Positions 27,004 through 39,114 of a DNA stretch of 64,000 bases are shown piece by piece. The stretch covers positions 124,001-188,000 of the forward strand of contig NW_025766959.1 of NCBI RefSeq assembly GCF_003918875.1. The letters run 5' to 3'. A program made the position numbers and the translations under genes. The stretch comes from Haliotis rubra (lineage: Eukaryota). The notes under the pieces are model-generated. The model made no database searches, was not told the origin of the DNA, and was given only the letters and a program-made list of their open reading frames with translations. The first letter of the stretch is position 1. Each line of letters begins with the position of its first letter.

Positions 27004-28102
27004 ATGGTTGATCTACTGAATCGTGATCCTAACAACATCAACGACCATATTAAGGTAATTTCTTGAATCATTACTGGAACTGACACGGAAACATCATACA
27101 CCTGAAACTCGAGAATCATGTCTGTGTAAATCTTTGATACATAAAAATACTTAAGAGCGCTATGTCTTTCATGTTAATGTCATTATGCCTGGATATTTAT
27201 CCAAGTGTCTGAATTGACATTAATGTTTGTAAAGGGTTAATGTTTTCTTGAGACCTAATGGTACCATACTGTTAGAATATATGGATTATATACAAAGGCC
27301 AATTTCACAAGCCATTGAGAAATGTTAAGTTCATACACTTCTTGCGTTAGCTGTCCAATAAGTAATCTCAGCTACAACTGCTTATGCAGTACATTGAAAT
27401 GTAGTTTTCACCTATACTGAAACGTGCATGCTTTAAATATGTGGTAGTACTTGTACTAGTCCGGGTTAATTATGTTGCCCTCAGAGATAACACACTGGAG
27501 TTACATGGATATCCTACTCAGACACATTACACTGACTCCAATCCTTGTATATTGTTAATGCCGATCGGGATGAGAAAAACAATTGACATCTTTACAATGA
27601 TACAGCTTGGCAATCAAACCACCGACCCTCCGTTTTGAGAATCTCAGTACAACGGGGAAAGTTCTTTGGATATACAACTTCTATATTTTAAGTTTTATAT
27701 CCATAGAACTCTCCAAGTTGTTCATCACACCAACCTCTAAATGCCAGTACATGTATTGTTTTCCGTTTTAATCAGGTTTCCTTCGAGGATGTCCTTGCTG
27801 AGCCAGAGGGAGCTCGAAGCATCGACTGTGTGTGGAGCGCATCCTACACATGCTTCAGTTGCTGTAAAGGATGTCTCTACAAAATCATGACACTGTTGTG
27901 TGGCATCTGTATCGCTCTGTACTGGGGCTGTGAGTTTGCGTTGATCGCCTTCACTCACATTTGGTACATCACACCCTGCTTCAAGGTAATGGAGCTCAAC
28001 TGTGGCTGTCTGAAGAAGCTGTACGGCATGTGTGTGCACTGCGTTCTGGATCCCTGGTGCGAGTCCTGTGGGATGCTGTTCATGGCTTTCGGGAAGAAAT
28101 GA
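27004..28102 (+). CDS. Caveolin family protein, copy 5 (exons 27004-27054 and 27776-28102; 125 aa)
   Basis: MVDLLNRDPNNINDHIK|GT..AG|VSFEDVLAEPEGARSIDCVW...DPWCESCGMLFMAFGKK*; AATAAA at 28471. Confidence 0.95.
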
Positions 28103-28849
28103 AACGGTTTCCATGGTAACTGTGGATATGGCACAGAGAGTTTTGAGCCCAAATTGTTCAAATTTAATTCCACATTAGGTGCCGCCACATTGCTCTGCCC
28201 CCTTCGTACGAGTCATGCGGACTTTTCTTTCCGGAAATAGAACCAGAAACATCTAGCCCGGCCGTGTTGCTGTACATATTGCTGATAAAGCTGATACATA
28301 TTTGATTGGACATAATTGAGAACAATTGTGACAGATCTCAAGGATTTTCGTATTTTGAGATCTTTTCACATTATAGACTAACCGTAGGTGTCATATACAT
28401 ATATTTATACTTTTAAATCTTAGTTATTAATCTTTTACTTACGTACATTTACATTATTTGTAATTTGTTGAATAAAGATTACGTTACAATGCATACAGTC
28501 ATTTAAGTGTTTGTTAAAGCCTTCGGCCATAAAGCTGAAGCCCTGGGCTCGATTACCCGCAATAAACTAAGTACAAAAGAAAGTACATACCTTATGCTGT
28601 GGGACTACTTTCTCAGGAACGACGTGTTTTGGTTGTGTCTTTCAAGTCACAAACATTGTGCACGTGTTCCCCAAACCCCAGTTGTGTACTTTCTTCGGTA
28701 CATGAGTTGATATGTGAAACCAGTTCATGTGTCCCACGCCATATTGCTGAAATATTGAATGTTAATATTTACATGGGAAAAAGTTTTGCAACACCCATGA
28801 TTCATTGATGGTGTGGAATGTACTCACGTGAATGTAAACTTGACCTTGT

Positions 28850-29190
28850 GACGATCAGGCACGGGTCACATTCCGATGACCATCCTCGGAACACAACGCC
28901 AGTCAGTTATCATGGACCAGAATGCAAGGCCACGTGCCTTTGGTGATCTCTTACGTCAAGGGGAGGTAGTAATTCTACCTTGGCCCACCAGGAGTCCAGA
29001 TTTCAACACCATGGAACATGTTTTACACATTATTGGTTGCATTAAATAAAAAATCTTGATGTGTTAGAACAAGCCTTCCATCAAGAATAGAACGCCATAC
29101 CTTAACTTCAAATCCAATGCCTGATATAGTCAATGAGGAGAGTCAGGACTGTTATTGCAGTTGGCGGAGGCTACATCAGATGTTGACTAT
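28850..29190 (+). mobile_element. Short Tc1 transposase 3' remnant
   Basis: MDQNARP..WPTRSPDFNTMEH-like coding remnant. Confidence 0.6.
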
Positions 29191-30082
29191 GTGTTAGGTT
29201 ATTGATTCTTGTGTGATTTCTTTAGGAATGTATGCCAGAATCTTGAGAATATCTGCTCTTTTAACGTTATACTACCACAGTTATCAGCACTACAAAATGA
29301 GTCAATTTTGTGCCTTGCTTCTCTGAATAAGCTGCAGTTTTCGTTCTTTTTGCGTTTAGATTTGCCATTTAATTGTCCCTTGAGGGTCAACTAAGCCTAA
29401 TAGTGAGTAAAATTTAGGTTTTTGTTTAAGTGTGAAACAATCATTCAAATGTAAAACGTGCAGTTACACTTGTTACAATTGCAAGTGAGATTTCCGTGTA
29501 GTCGGATACACTATCAGATATGCTACGACTGGAAATCCAGATTCGTTTGAAGTGTGACTCTTTAAGCCCACCCTAACAATATCTACTGTAGGTGGGATTA
29601 GTTTAAATGCACCCATGACTACCGACATCAGATAACAGTACATTCCAGTGCGGGTACCGACGCAGTTGGGGAGGTATATATCACACACAGTTACAGTTAT
29701 ATATGCATTGTGTGGTGCATTAAGGTGTACACTTGTCAAATCACGCTAATAACGGGTCTTTATCCCAGTGACCGTATTTAAAAGTAACCATAGGATTTTA
29801 TTAGGTGCTTACCTCAAAACAGCTAGTTCAGTTAACGGCGGTTTGAATAGCACATCACATATATAACGGGCTGACTTTATGTGAGATGAACAGCCCTAAG
29901 TGAAGAAGGTCTTTTTTGTACTTTGGTGTAACTCCCCAACATAGGATGGTTTGACAAACGCAGGATCATTTAAATCCTGTAAGAGAAAATCCTTAATTAT
30001 AGACACAATATCGGAGATAAACTCTTCTTCGTTTTGTTTAATTTGTTAAAGGTTTTACTGTTTGAATATCTTATTCTTTTAT

Positions 30083-30297
30083 GTTGAAAAGGGGGTGGGG
30101 GTGGGGGTGGGGTTAGAGTAGGGTAATTATTGCTTTTCTATATTTCTTTTACTTTCTATTTTATTTATATACAACATTAATAATAGACGTTGAAAAGGGG
30201 GTGGGGGTGGGGGTGGGGTTAGAGTAGGGTAATTATTGCTTTTCTATATTTCTTTTACTTTCTATTTATTTATATACAACATTAATAATAGACGTTT
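30083..30297. repeat. Perfect tandem duplication of 106 bp containing (GGGGGT)3GGGG
   Basis: Units start at 30083 and 30189. Confidence 0.92.
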
Positions 30298-30949
30298 TAA
30301 TTTCTTTCTTTTTTTAATTTTTTCTTTTTGTCTTTGGGGTGAATTTACATTCTTGTTCTTTTTATTTAGGGAAAAAAATCTTTGGAGTTTCTTGTTTGTA
30401 GGTGAATGATGATCCACATATGTGTTTAGACACACTATTAACACAAGTTATAAATCATGTACATCCTGACATATCCCACAATTAAGGCTAGGGACAACTA
30501 TCAACATCACAACAAGTGGGTCTCAGTTACACCCAATATGTACACATACTTCCGTGGAGGTACTTCTCACGGCTTGTCAGTTCATAATCTGTTCGGCAAT
30601 TTCAAAGTTGTGTTTTTATGACACTGGGCCTTAGCGTCTTGTAGCGAGTGTTTGTTGTGGCGATTACATGAGACACAGTTGGACATTAGAGGTCGGTTAT
30701 CAGTTCAAGCGTCAATAAATAGCAGTAATGAATATAAGGGACCCACTTGAATGTTTCGCGGCCGGTTTCAATGCGGTGTTAAAATACAGATATACGGGAG
30801 ACTGAGTAAACTAGTAAACTTTACGTAATACTAGTGATGGACACTACACACTGGACTCGAACAACATAACATTACTGTCGTAGTTTTACTACAAGTAATT
30901 TTACTTCGTTTTGGGCAAGTTTGGGAATTTCCAATTGTAAATGTTGATA

Positions 30950-31420
30950 AATTTTGTAAAGTTAAGCAACGCCTCATCGATATATATATTCAGAAATGGA
31001 GATCTGACTTAGAGTCAAATGGTAAATTATTTATTTACAACCATTTTGAGAAAAATTTGGTTTTGAATTGTATTTGGATCTAGTTTAAACTCCCAGTGAC
31101 AGGAAATTAATCACGCAAATTAATCACATCTACTCATCGCCTTATGATAGAAATTGGTAGATACAGTAATATTTCAAGGGAAGACCGTATTTGTGATTAT
31201 TGCGATAGACAGGGTAAAATCTTTGTTGAAGATGAATATCATTTTGTCTTTTTTTTGTCCTAAATATTTACAGTTTAGAAAGTTATCTATTAAATGCTTC
31301 TATTGGGTTAGACCAAGTGTGTATTAGTTTTTGTCACTGATTAGATATTCCAATAAATCTGCCTTGCGAAACATAGCTAAATACATTAAACTCTCTAATG
31401 ATGTAAGAACTCACGATCAA
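30950..31420 (+). mobile_element. LINE 3' fragment
   Basis: KQRLIDIYIQKW..HRLMIEIGRYSNISREDRICDYC..VEDEYHFV in broken frames. Confidence 0.75.
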
Positions 31421-32699
31421 ATACAATACATTGTCCAGCCTCGATAAATTCACTGTAAATATATCCTATGTCCTTTACAGGCCTGTACACCATGTGTTTT
31501 GGGGACCAGGAACACATTTGTTCAAGTCCAAAATTGAATTCTTTTCCTCTTCTTTCTTCTTTATATCTGTAGACGAAATGTGAATGTGTAAACGTGTGTA
31601 GACAGAGTATAGAGTACCAGGGTTTGGCATGTTTTGAAAAAAAAAATTAAATGTTATTTTTTTCTTAGGACTTCTCAGGACAATTTTGGTAGTCTGTCGA
31701 AAAAGACCATTTACACACAAATAAATATCCATCATAATGTTCTTTCGTCGTATTATCAACCAATAACAATAAACCTTGCGCAGTCAACCCACTACCCCTC
31801 CTGTGATGGACTGTTCCAAGAGCTGTTTATGACAAACCTTTCTGAAGGTGCAACTTTAACATACACACCTTATGCAGTCTGTTGCATTGTATGAAAGGGG
31901 TAACTGTTTGTTATAATCTATATATATAAGTTACCGACTACAGGAGATGTCATTTACATTTCAAATCATTCGCGATAGAAATTCTATCTAGATTTTGGCA
32001 GTTGTAATTTGTTTTCCTGTGTTTTTTTATACCCGACAAGATACAGTTTCCTTTTTCTTGCCGCCACTAACAATATATTAAGTTCATTTAGAATTAAATA
32101 GCTGACAGGACATAAACTAAATTTCACTATTGGAATTTTATATTGATATTATACAGTACGTTGTAGCATATGATAGTTAGACATAGATTTTAAAATGTTT
32201 TTATACAAATTTTCTGATGAATAAAAATACAGCACGAATATTCGAATGATGATGTACAGGAAGTTGAAGTGCATTACACAATTACGTAATTTTCATTCTA
32301 AATTGTCGTTGATGCCTACATGTAAATTACCTGGTTCACATGTTTACGCATAATAATTACAGGCGGTGTAAGTTTGATAAAATTCAATAAAAGATATTCT
32401 CTGATAAGGATATAAGGAATCGGTTGGTGTCATGTCATTAACTTAATTGTCCTGTGAAATGATCTTGACATATTCATCATAAATTCGAAGATAGGATAAC
32501 TAAATTAAAAAGACGCTAGAATAAATCATTCTTTATAACTGAATCCGTTTGTGTTTGGATATCAAGTGATTGGTCGAATATAAAGTTAACCGTTTGGAAT
32601 AGTGCATGTTATTGAACTCAACCCAAATCTATGTTTATCTCAGAGCAGTTTTCAGGCAGTACATATATACAAGCATCGTGACTGTTACTCATCTGTGGG

Positions 32700-33041
32700 A
32701 CCGCCTCCGTGGTGTAGTGGTTAGAGCGTCCGCCCGGAGAGCGGAAGGTTGCTGGTTCCATCCCCGACAGCGTCATACCAAAAGACGTTAAAATATGGTA
32801 CTTGTTGGTCCCTGCCTGGCGCTCGGCATTAATGGGTACAACAAGGACTGGTCGGCTCGGAGTCAGTATAATGTGTCTGAGAGGGGTATTCATGCTTCAC
32901 TGCGGCATGGTATCTCAGTGGGCTAGCACTATAAAACCAGCTTCAGTCTGGGCTAGTACAAGCAGCCGCACATATACACACGCATGCACGTCGTCATATG
33001 AGCGAAATATTCTCAAGCACGACGTTAAACCCAATTTCACC
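32700..33041 (+). mobile_element. tRNA-derived SINE family C (V-domain-like core)
   Basis: tRNA-like head, core GGACTGGTCGGCTCGGAGTCAGTATAATGTGTCTGAG; the (CACCT)n tail resumes at 33659 after the MITE. Confidence 0.8.
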
Positions 33042-33658
33042 CAGTCTAAGTAAACTTAGGCTCAGTATTATTCGTTACACTGCTATACTGAGTTTAACAA
33101 AACCTTGTGAAAGGTCGCGTCAGGTAATCTTTCAAATTGACCAATCAGAACACAGATTACCAAATCGCGAAAGTGGACATTCGCACATACTCTTTGAACT
33201 TTTACCTCGAAAAAGTTTGTACCCGAACGATTCCGATTGCTATTTTCCATACGATCGGTTCCTAGTGATGCACGCCACAGTAGTGAGTAAACATTCGCTA
33301 AAATAGCGCTTTGTCAGTATTAAAGCATGTCAACTTGCGGAAATATTAGCTAATTATAACCATGTCAACAGGAACCCCAAAGCGTATATACTGCAGGTCA
33401 ACTATCAGTGTTTTATGCGGATTTTCATTTATTGGGAGATCAGTGTTGGTGAACGGGGACGAGAAAATCCATTTTGTAAGTCCCGGGAACCCTAAATAGT
33501 AGCCGTTGTCTGATTGGTTAAATCCGTTCGGCCGTCTCGCCTTTGACTGGACGGTCATAGGTCGCTCAAAGGTTACCTGACGCGACCTTCCACAAGGTTT
33601 TGTTAGACTCAGTATTGTAGTGTAACGAATAATACTGAGTCTAAGTTTACTTAGACTG
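33042..33658. mobile_element. MITE with about 90-bp TIRs and 9-bp TSD, inserted in a SINE tail
   Basis: Starts CAGTCTAAGTAAACTTAG, ends CTAAGTTTACTTAGACTG; AATTTCACC duplicated at 33033-33041 and 33659-33667. Confidence 0.9.
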
Positions 33659-33907
33659 AATTTCACCTCACCTCACCAACTCATCTGTGATGTATCGTGT
33701 AGCATATTGGTCCATGTATAGTACAGTGAAAGCAACGCTGTGCAGGAGTACAAACCTACGACTTCGCAGGTAATAAATATACTCGATCGGTGACTTCAAT
33801 TTCGTAGTAACTTGTATGGGACAGGTGATAAACATCACCCCTCGTGATCTAAACTAAGGCTTAGTCCCTGATTATAATTTGGATAGTAATAAATAAACCA
33901 TTTTAAA

Positions 33908-34050
33908 TTGAAAAGGAGTCTTAGTGAGTTGGGAGATTCAGGATCAGAACCTGGGGAAATCTGGACTTGCTTCATTTAGGGCTTCAGCAATTGCAGGGAG
34001 GGCTAGGCTGTAGGGAAAATAATGTGCTTCAGGGACTGTGAGACAGACTA
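33908..34050. repeat. Unclassified dispersed repeat just upstream of the tRNA; second copy at 46087-46233
   Basis: Shared TTGAAAAGGAG..GACTTGCTTCATTTAGGGCTT..GACTGTGAGACAGACTAC. Confidence 0.75.
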
Positions 34051-34179
34051 CTCGTGATCGTTCATGCTCCAGATAAACAGCTTAGCAGGTGCTGACTACC
34101 ACGGCAGTTGATTGGCTGCGCAGACGGCCGCGCACACTGTTTACAGCAGGTGTACTCATTGTTAGCATAATCTCAGCGA

Positions 34180-34251
34180 TCCTCGGTAGTATAGTGGTCA
34201 GTATCCCCGCCTGTCACGCGGGAGACCCGGGTTCAATTCCCGGCCGGGGAG
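34180..34251 (+). tRNA. tRNA-Asp-GTC: tRNA-Asp (GTC)
   Basis: 72 nt TCCTCGGTAGTATAGTGG..CTGTCAC..GGTTCAATTCCCGGCCGGGGAG; intact acceptor stem, anticodon GTC at 34213-34215, A and B boxes, TTTT terminator at 34257-34260. Confidence 0.96.
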
Positions 34252-37200
34252 ATCACTTTTGCAAGATTTTTTATTTTAAAGAACTACTTTTTCTGTTCTC
34301 CTCTTTACATTGTTATTCGTCTGTATTTATAATGGTGTTCTTGATACTGATTACTCTAGATTTATGCTAGGAAGTTTAATACTCGGAAAAGTGTGCAAAG
34401 GCGGATCCACGAAATGCAAAACATTAACTTCAATGTGGTCTTAAGTCAATTTCAAACGGGGGCTCGAATCCCCTGCTGCAGTGTCTCACCTGTGACGTCA
34501 TTCAATTATGTGTCAGGAATGTACAGTTGTTTGTCAGTAATACATTATCAAGACCAACATTTCATCTAGTTCACACTTGCAATAGACAGAACTATTCCCA
34601 TGAAGTTATATATGTGTAGTAAGTATTTCGATCATATGAAATATTGTTTATAATTCTATTGTACCGCCCCAGGGGACCCCGTTACCTGTAGGGGTCTGTA
34701 ATTGCAAGTAATACATTATTTTCAGTAAAATCAAACACTATCATTTGAATAATCACAAGAGTACATTTGTGGTTAGAATTTTTAAAATTTAATGCGTTTC
34801 ATTATTATCATTCTGTATTATTTATTCATTTTTAACGTATTTTTATGAGTAACATTCGAGAACAAAAGGAAAAAATCGGAAAGAATAGCCAGATCAACAG
34901 CTCTCAGATGACAGAAGGGAAAAGTATAAATAGCTGGGGGACACAGATTCACATTCTCCTTGTAATCATATACATGTATGTAGAATCATTCGAGTAATGA
35001 AATAAAATGGAGTTTGAAGAAAGTTATCTGTTATTAAACTATGTCTTTTATCGGAAATTCATTCTTTAGCTGGTATTACACCGCGAATGCCTTATATCGA
35101 AATTCAATGAACATGATCTAAATGGCGAGGTGTACGTATTTTACACAAGTTGCACATGTAATTGTACACCGGTAGCTGTTCCATAATTCTTGCACGGGAA
35201 TCCCACGCTGAACTTTTCTGCTGTCTGTTCCTAGACATTAGACATCCTGGGATACAATGGGATACAAACTGGGATTTCAGTCATATGCTTCTATTGTATG
35301 CAATGCAAAAAAAACCCAAAATTTCGTTTCTATTTTATCAAACTGAGTAAATATAATTTGGAATATTACGTAGAGTGTAATGTCCGAGTAACTCTCCATT
35401 CCTTAAAAATAATGGAGCCGAGGATATTTTTAAGGAATGGAGAGCTACGAGGATATTACCCTACTTAAATTACATTCAAAGTATCGGGAATATTTCAGTT
35501 ATCAAAATTAAATGACAAAATGAAGTGTTTAATTTGAAGCGGGTACACCTCGCTCCATTCCTGAAAAGTAATGGAGTGAGCAGACAATGAAATGACGTCA
35601 CAAATGTAATTTAATCTTGCTTCAACAATGTTCGAGAGCTGAAACATAATTTGTAATATACTTTAACATGTTTATCAATTTGAAGAAATAGACAGGAAGG
35701 ACATATCGACATTAATCTTACTGGTTGTAACGATCACTAACAATCCAGTGTAACAGTTGGGTTTTCTGGGGCAATGTGCTGTGCCGTTCATTGTTAGCGC
35801 TATGAGCATACCTGGTGTCGAGTTTGGCACTATATAAATGGACGCGTTATTATTTAGTGGTTAACAAAGGACACGATTGTAACTTCCGTTGTAGACAGAG
35901 AAGTGTTCTATGTTGAAGACGCTTTTACATTGGTAAAGTCACGTATGCTGTAACTATATATTCAATTAACCGAAACTAGGTGACGCGAGTATGTGGCTGA
36001 CATTATCATTACCCCCGGTAGTTTTTTAACTTGAATGTTGCAACATCGGTGGAAATTCACGATACAAACTGTTCAGGTGACCAATGCCGCGTGTTATCTG
36101 TCCTAAAACGAACTGTCAGGGGGTGTTCCAGTGTATTTAAATGATCATTTATTTCACTTTATCACCACTCCCCCGTGTGGAGGATGAATGTGTCTTGATA
36201 AGTCTGATCTACGTCTGATCGATGCTTCGCGGATTTAAGGTTAATACCAGTTCAGTATTGAATACTGGCAACCAGCTATATCTGTTATGTATTTGCCATG
36301 TTGTGAATTAAAGGGGCAAGGCTTTTACATTTTGGGATACGATTTTGATTTCATACAAAGAAATATTTTTCAGAATACAGATATTCACAGATCGCGATCG
36401 GGCGTAAAGTAAAGTAAAGTCCACTAAAATACCAGTTTAATCTTAAACATATTGTGACGATTATTTGTACCCGCGTCATAAAAAATCACGCAACTCGTAT
36501 ATTATTTGTCATTATTACAGGATATTTATATAGCGCACATATCCACGCAGCTAGTACGTACTCAAGACGTTGGTATTTGTACCCTCGATCATTGGACGTC
36601 AATCTCAACGGCACATCGTATCATCAATCTCAACTTCCTAAGGATCATACAGAGACTAGGCGCACCGAGGTATTGCGGCTTTCGCATCCTTACGAGGTAC
36701 CCATTCACAGCTGAGTGGACTGGGACACATAGTCGCAGTACCAAGTTTACTGTATTCATATGGCCACCATCTGGTCATAAACCAACGGTTTCGTGGGTTC
36801 TTTTAAGTGCACAGGCTTGTGCACTGCACACACCATTTAAATTAAGATAGAGCACTGCCTTAAATGATTCTGAAAGATATAGCGAAGACTTAGTGGGTGA
36901 GTTTGGTTCAGCAGTATTTCAGCTATATCACAGACTATCAACATGAGGGTGGAGGAAAGCCCTAGGTGATGACTATTAGGCGTTTACCACTTTCATGATG
37001 ATCACGTCGAACGGGATTCGAACCCATCTTCACAGTTTTCTGGCGAATTGGCGCGGCTCACATGAATAAGAAGCAGTTCCTTTTAGCGCTATTGTTTTAT
37101 TGCTCCTGTCCAGTAATCAACATGCACTCCATTCTCAGCTCCCTTAGGATCATACATGCTTAGACGACTGGACCCCCTATGCCTTAATGGATATGGGAGC

Positions 37201-37447
37201 ACGTTATAACTTATCATGGTGTTAAAAGCGGCGTAAAACAGTACTCACACACTCACTGGAGATCACACTCGCATAAGTGACCTTCCGCCTTTAAGACTTC
37301 CAGTTCATGGTAGTATTGCATGGTTGATATGAAACGCTTTCTGTGTACATGCCTACCAATATTGATAAAACTGTCGTAATAAATCGTTGATATCGTTTAG
37401 ACTTATCATCCGACTTGTCGGAACTCGTTTAGGCGGAAAGGGTATGC

Positions 37448-37454
37448 TATATAA
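37448..37454 (+). promoter_or_regulatory. TATA box of caveolin copy 6
   Basis: TATATAA about 70 nt upstream of the ATG, similar spacing to copies 1-3. Confidence 0.55.
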
Positions 37455-37522
37455 GTAAAAGAAATGTCTATAGATGAGGGTTAATGCATTTATGACGGGA
37501 AGTGGAAGTGAAACCTGCTGTC

Positions 37523-39114
37523 ATGGATCTACTGAACAGAGACCCCAATAACATCAACGACCACATAAAGGTAACAGTAATTTGTAACCTAATGTAATCT
37601 ATTATATATCAGAAATAGTATTAGAAATAATATTAACGACAATTCAGCTAAATCTTATATATTAGCCTTTTGTAGGGCTTTTTATCAGGTCTCAAGTGAT
37701 CTAGGCATCTTGTTTACAAAATGTGTACCATTATGAGTTGGATTATTTTCAACATCATCGCCTTTACAACTACATCAGAGGCTATTGATTTAAGTGAGTG
37801 AGTGAGTTCAGTTTTACGCTGCACTGAGCAATATTCCAGCTGTGGCGGCGATCTGTAAATAATCGAGTCTGGGCCAGACGTTCCAGTGATCAATAGCATA
37901 AGCATCGATCTACGCAGTTGGGATACGATGACACGTGTCAACCAAGTCATTGAGCCTGACCATCCGATCCCGATATCTCCTTGGTTACTCCCGTTAGTCG
38001 CCTCTTACGACAAACATGGGTTACTGAAGATCAATATTCTAACCCGGATCTTCACGGGTGCTATTGATATAAAGATTCAAATCAAGGCTCGATTTCAGAG
38101 AAGTAAACCTACTTGCACCAGGTGCAACCTACGATAAAGACCTAGTTGCACCAGCCAAATTCCAGTTGGAACATAGTGTGTTTAAATCGCCAGAAGTTTC
38201 GGTGCACATAATATTTCCGTGATGTAGTACCCATGAAACCATAGCAACACAGAGACACAGCTGATATCTGTTTTCAAGAGCTGTCATAGCCGAGACGTGT
38301 CTATGAATAGCAATGTTTCGGTGCCATAGCTATTCAAAGTTTAGAAGAAAAATGAGCTGACATATTTATGCTTATAATGTTAGATTCATCATTGATTTAT
38401 TTCTCAAAAATTGACTTGCACCTTGTGCAAGTTAGACTCATAACTAGGTTGCACTTTGTAATACTGGGTTGCACCAATGCAAGTAACAAAGCACTAAATC
38501 GAGCCCTGCAAATGCATGGTCTAAATGATGTCGGGGAAATCTAACAAAGCTGTTTTTATTAGTAGTATTATTATAGCGTATTTTCACAAGTTCTCTTTAT
38601 CCATTACAATCAATATACAAAGCCCCTGAGCAATGTTGGTATTAGAGTGTAACAATCCACTTTGAATTAAACTCGCTATTTCTATATTTCATGTGATATG
38701 TCGCTGGAAGAAGGAGACAGTACTTTGATTAAAATAATTATAGAAATGTTTTGGCCTTTGGATTAATACATGAAATGTTTCATCCAGGTCGAGTTTGAAG
38801 ATATCTTGGCCGAGCCAGAGGGAGCTCGAAGCATCGACTGTGTGTGGAGCGCATCCTACAAATGCTTCAATTGCTGTAAAGGATGTCTCTACAAAGTCCT
38901 GACACTGTTGTGTGGCATCTGTATCGCACTGCAATGGGGCTGTGAGTTTGCCTCGATAGCCTTCAGCCACATCTGGTGCGTCACACCCTGCTTCAAGGTA
39001 ATGGAGCTCAACTGTGGCTGTCTGAAGAAGCTGTACGGAATGTGTGTGCACTGCTGCCTGGATCCCTGGTGCGAGTCCTGTGGGATGTTGTTTATGGCTT
39101 TCGTGAAGAAATGA
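37523..39114 (+). CDS. Caveolin family protein, copy 6 (exons 37523-37570 and 38788-39114; 124 aa)
   Basis: MDLLNRDPNNINDHIK|GT..AG|VEFEDILAEPEGARSIDCVW...MLFMAFVKK*; close paralogue of copy 5. Confidence 0.95.
37793..38058 (-). mobile_element. SINE-like repeat family B (intron of caveolin copy 6)
   Basis: About 250-bp repeat (CCCGTGAAGATCCGGGTTAGAAT..GCTGGAATATTGCT..tail); further copies or fragments near 6600, 7160-7400, 10120, 11680, 14735/15484, 15905-16297, 45795, 55470, 62915. Confidence 0.8.
38083..38508. mobile_element. hAT-like MITE in the intron of caveolin copy 6
   Basis: TIRs CAAGGCTCGATTT / AAATCGAGCCCTG, repeated subterminal TTGCAC motifs, CAAAT direct repeat on both flanks. 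Confidence 0.75.

Noticed and set aside
28091-28102. C-terminal KK of copies 5 and 6 as an ER-retrieval signal
   Set aside because: Lysines are at -1/-2, not the KKxx or KxKxx positions.
35705-35745. IDINLTGCNDH*, a faint caveolin exon-1 resemblance
   Set aside because: Core NRDPNN is absent and there is no clear donor; compatible with chance.
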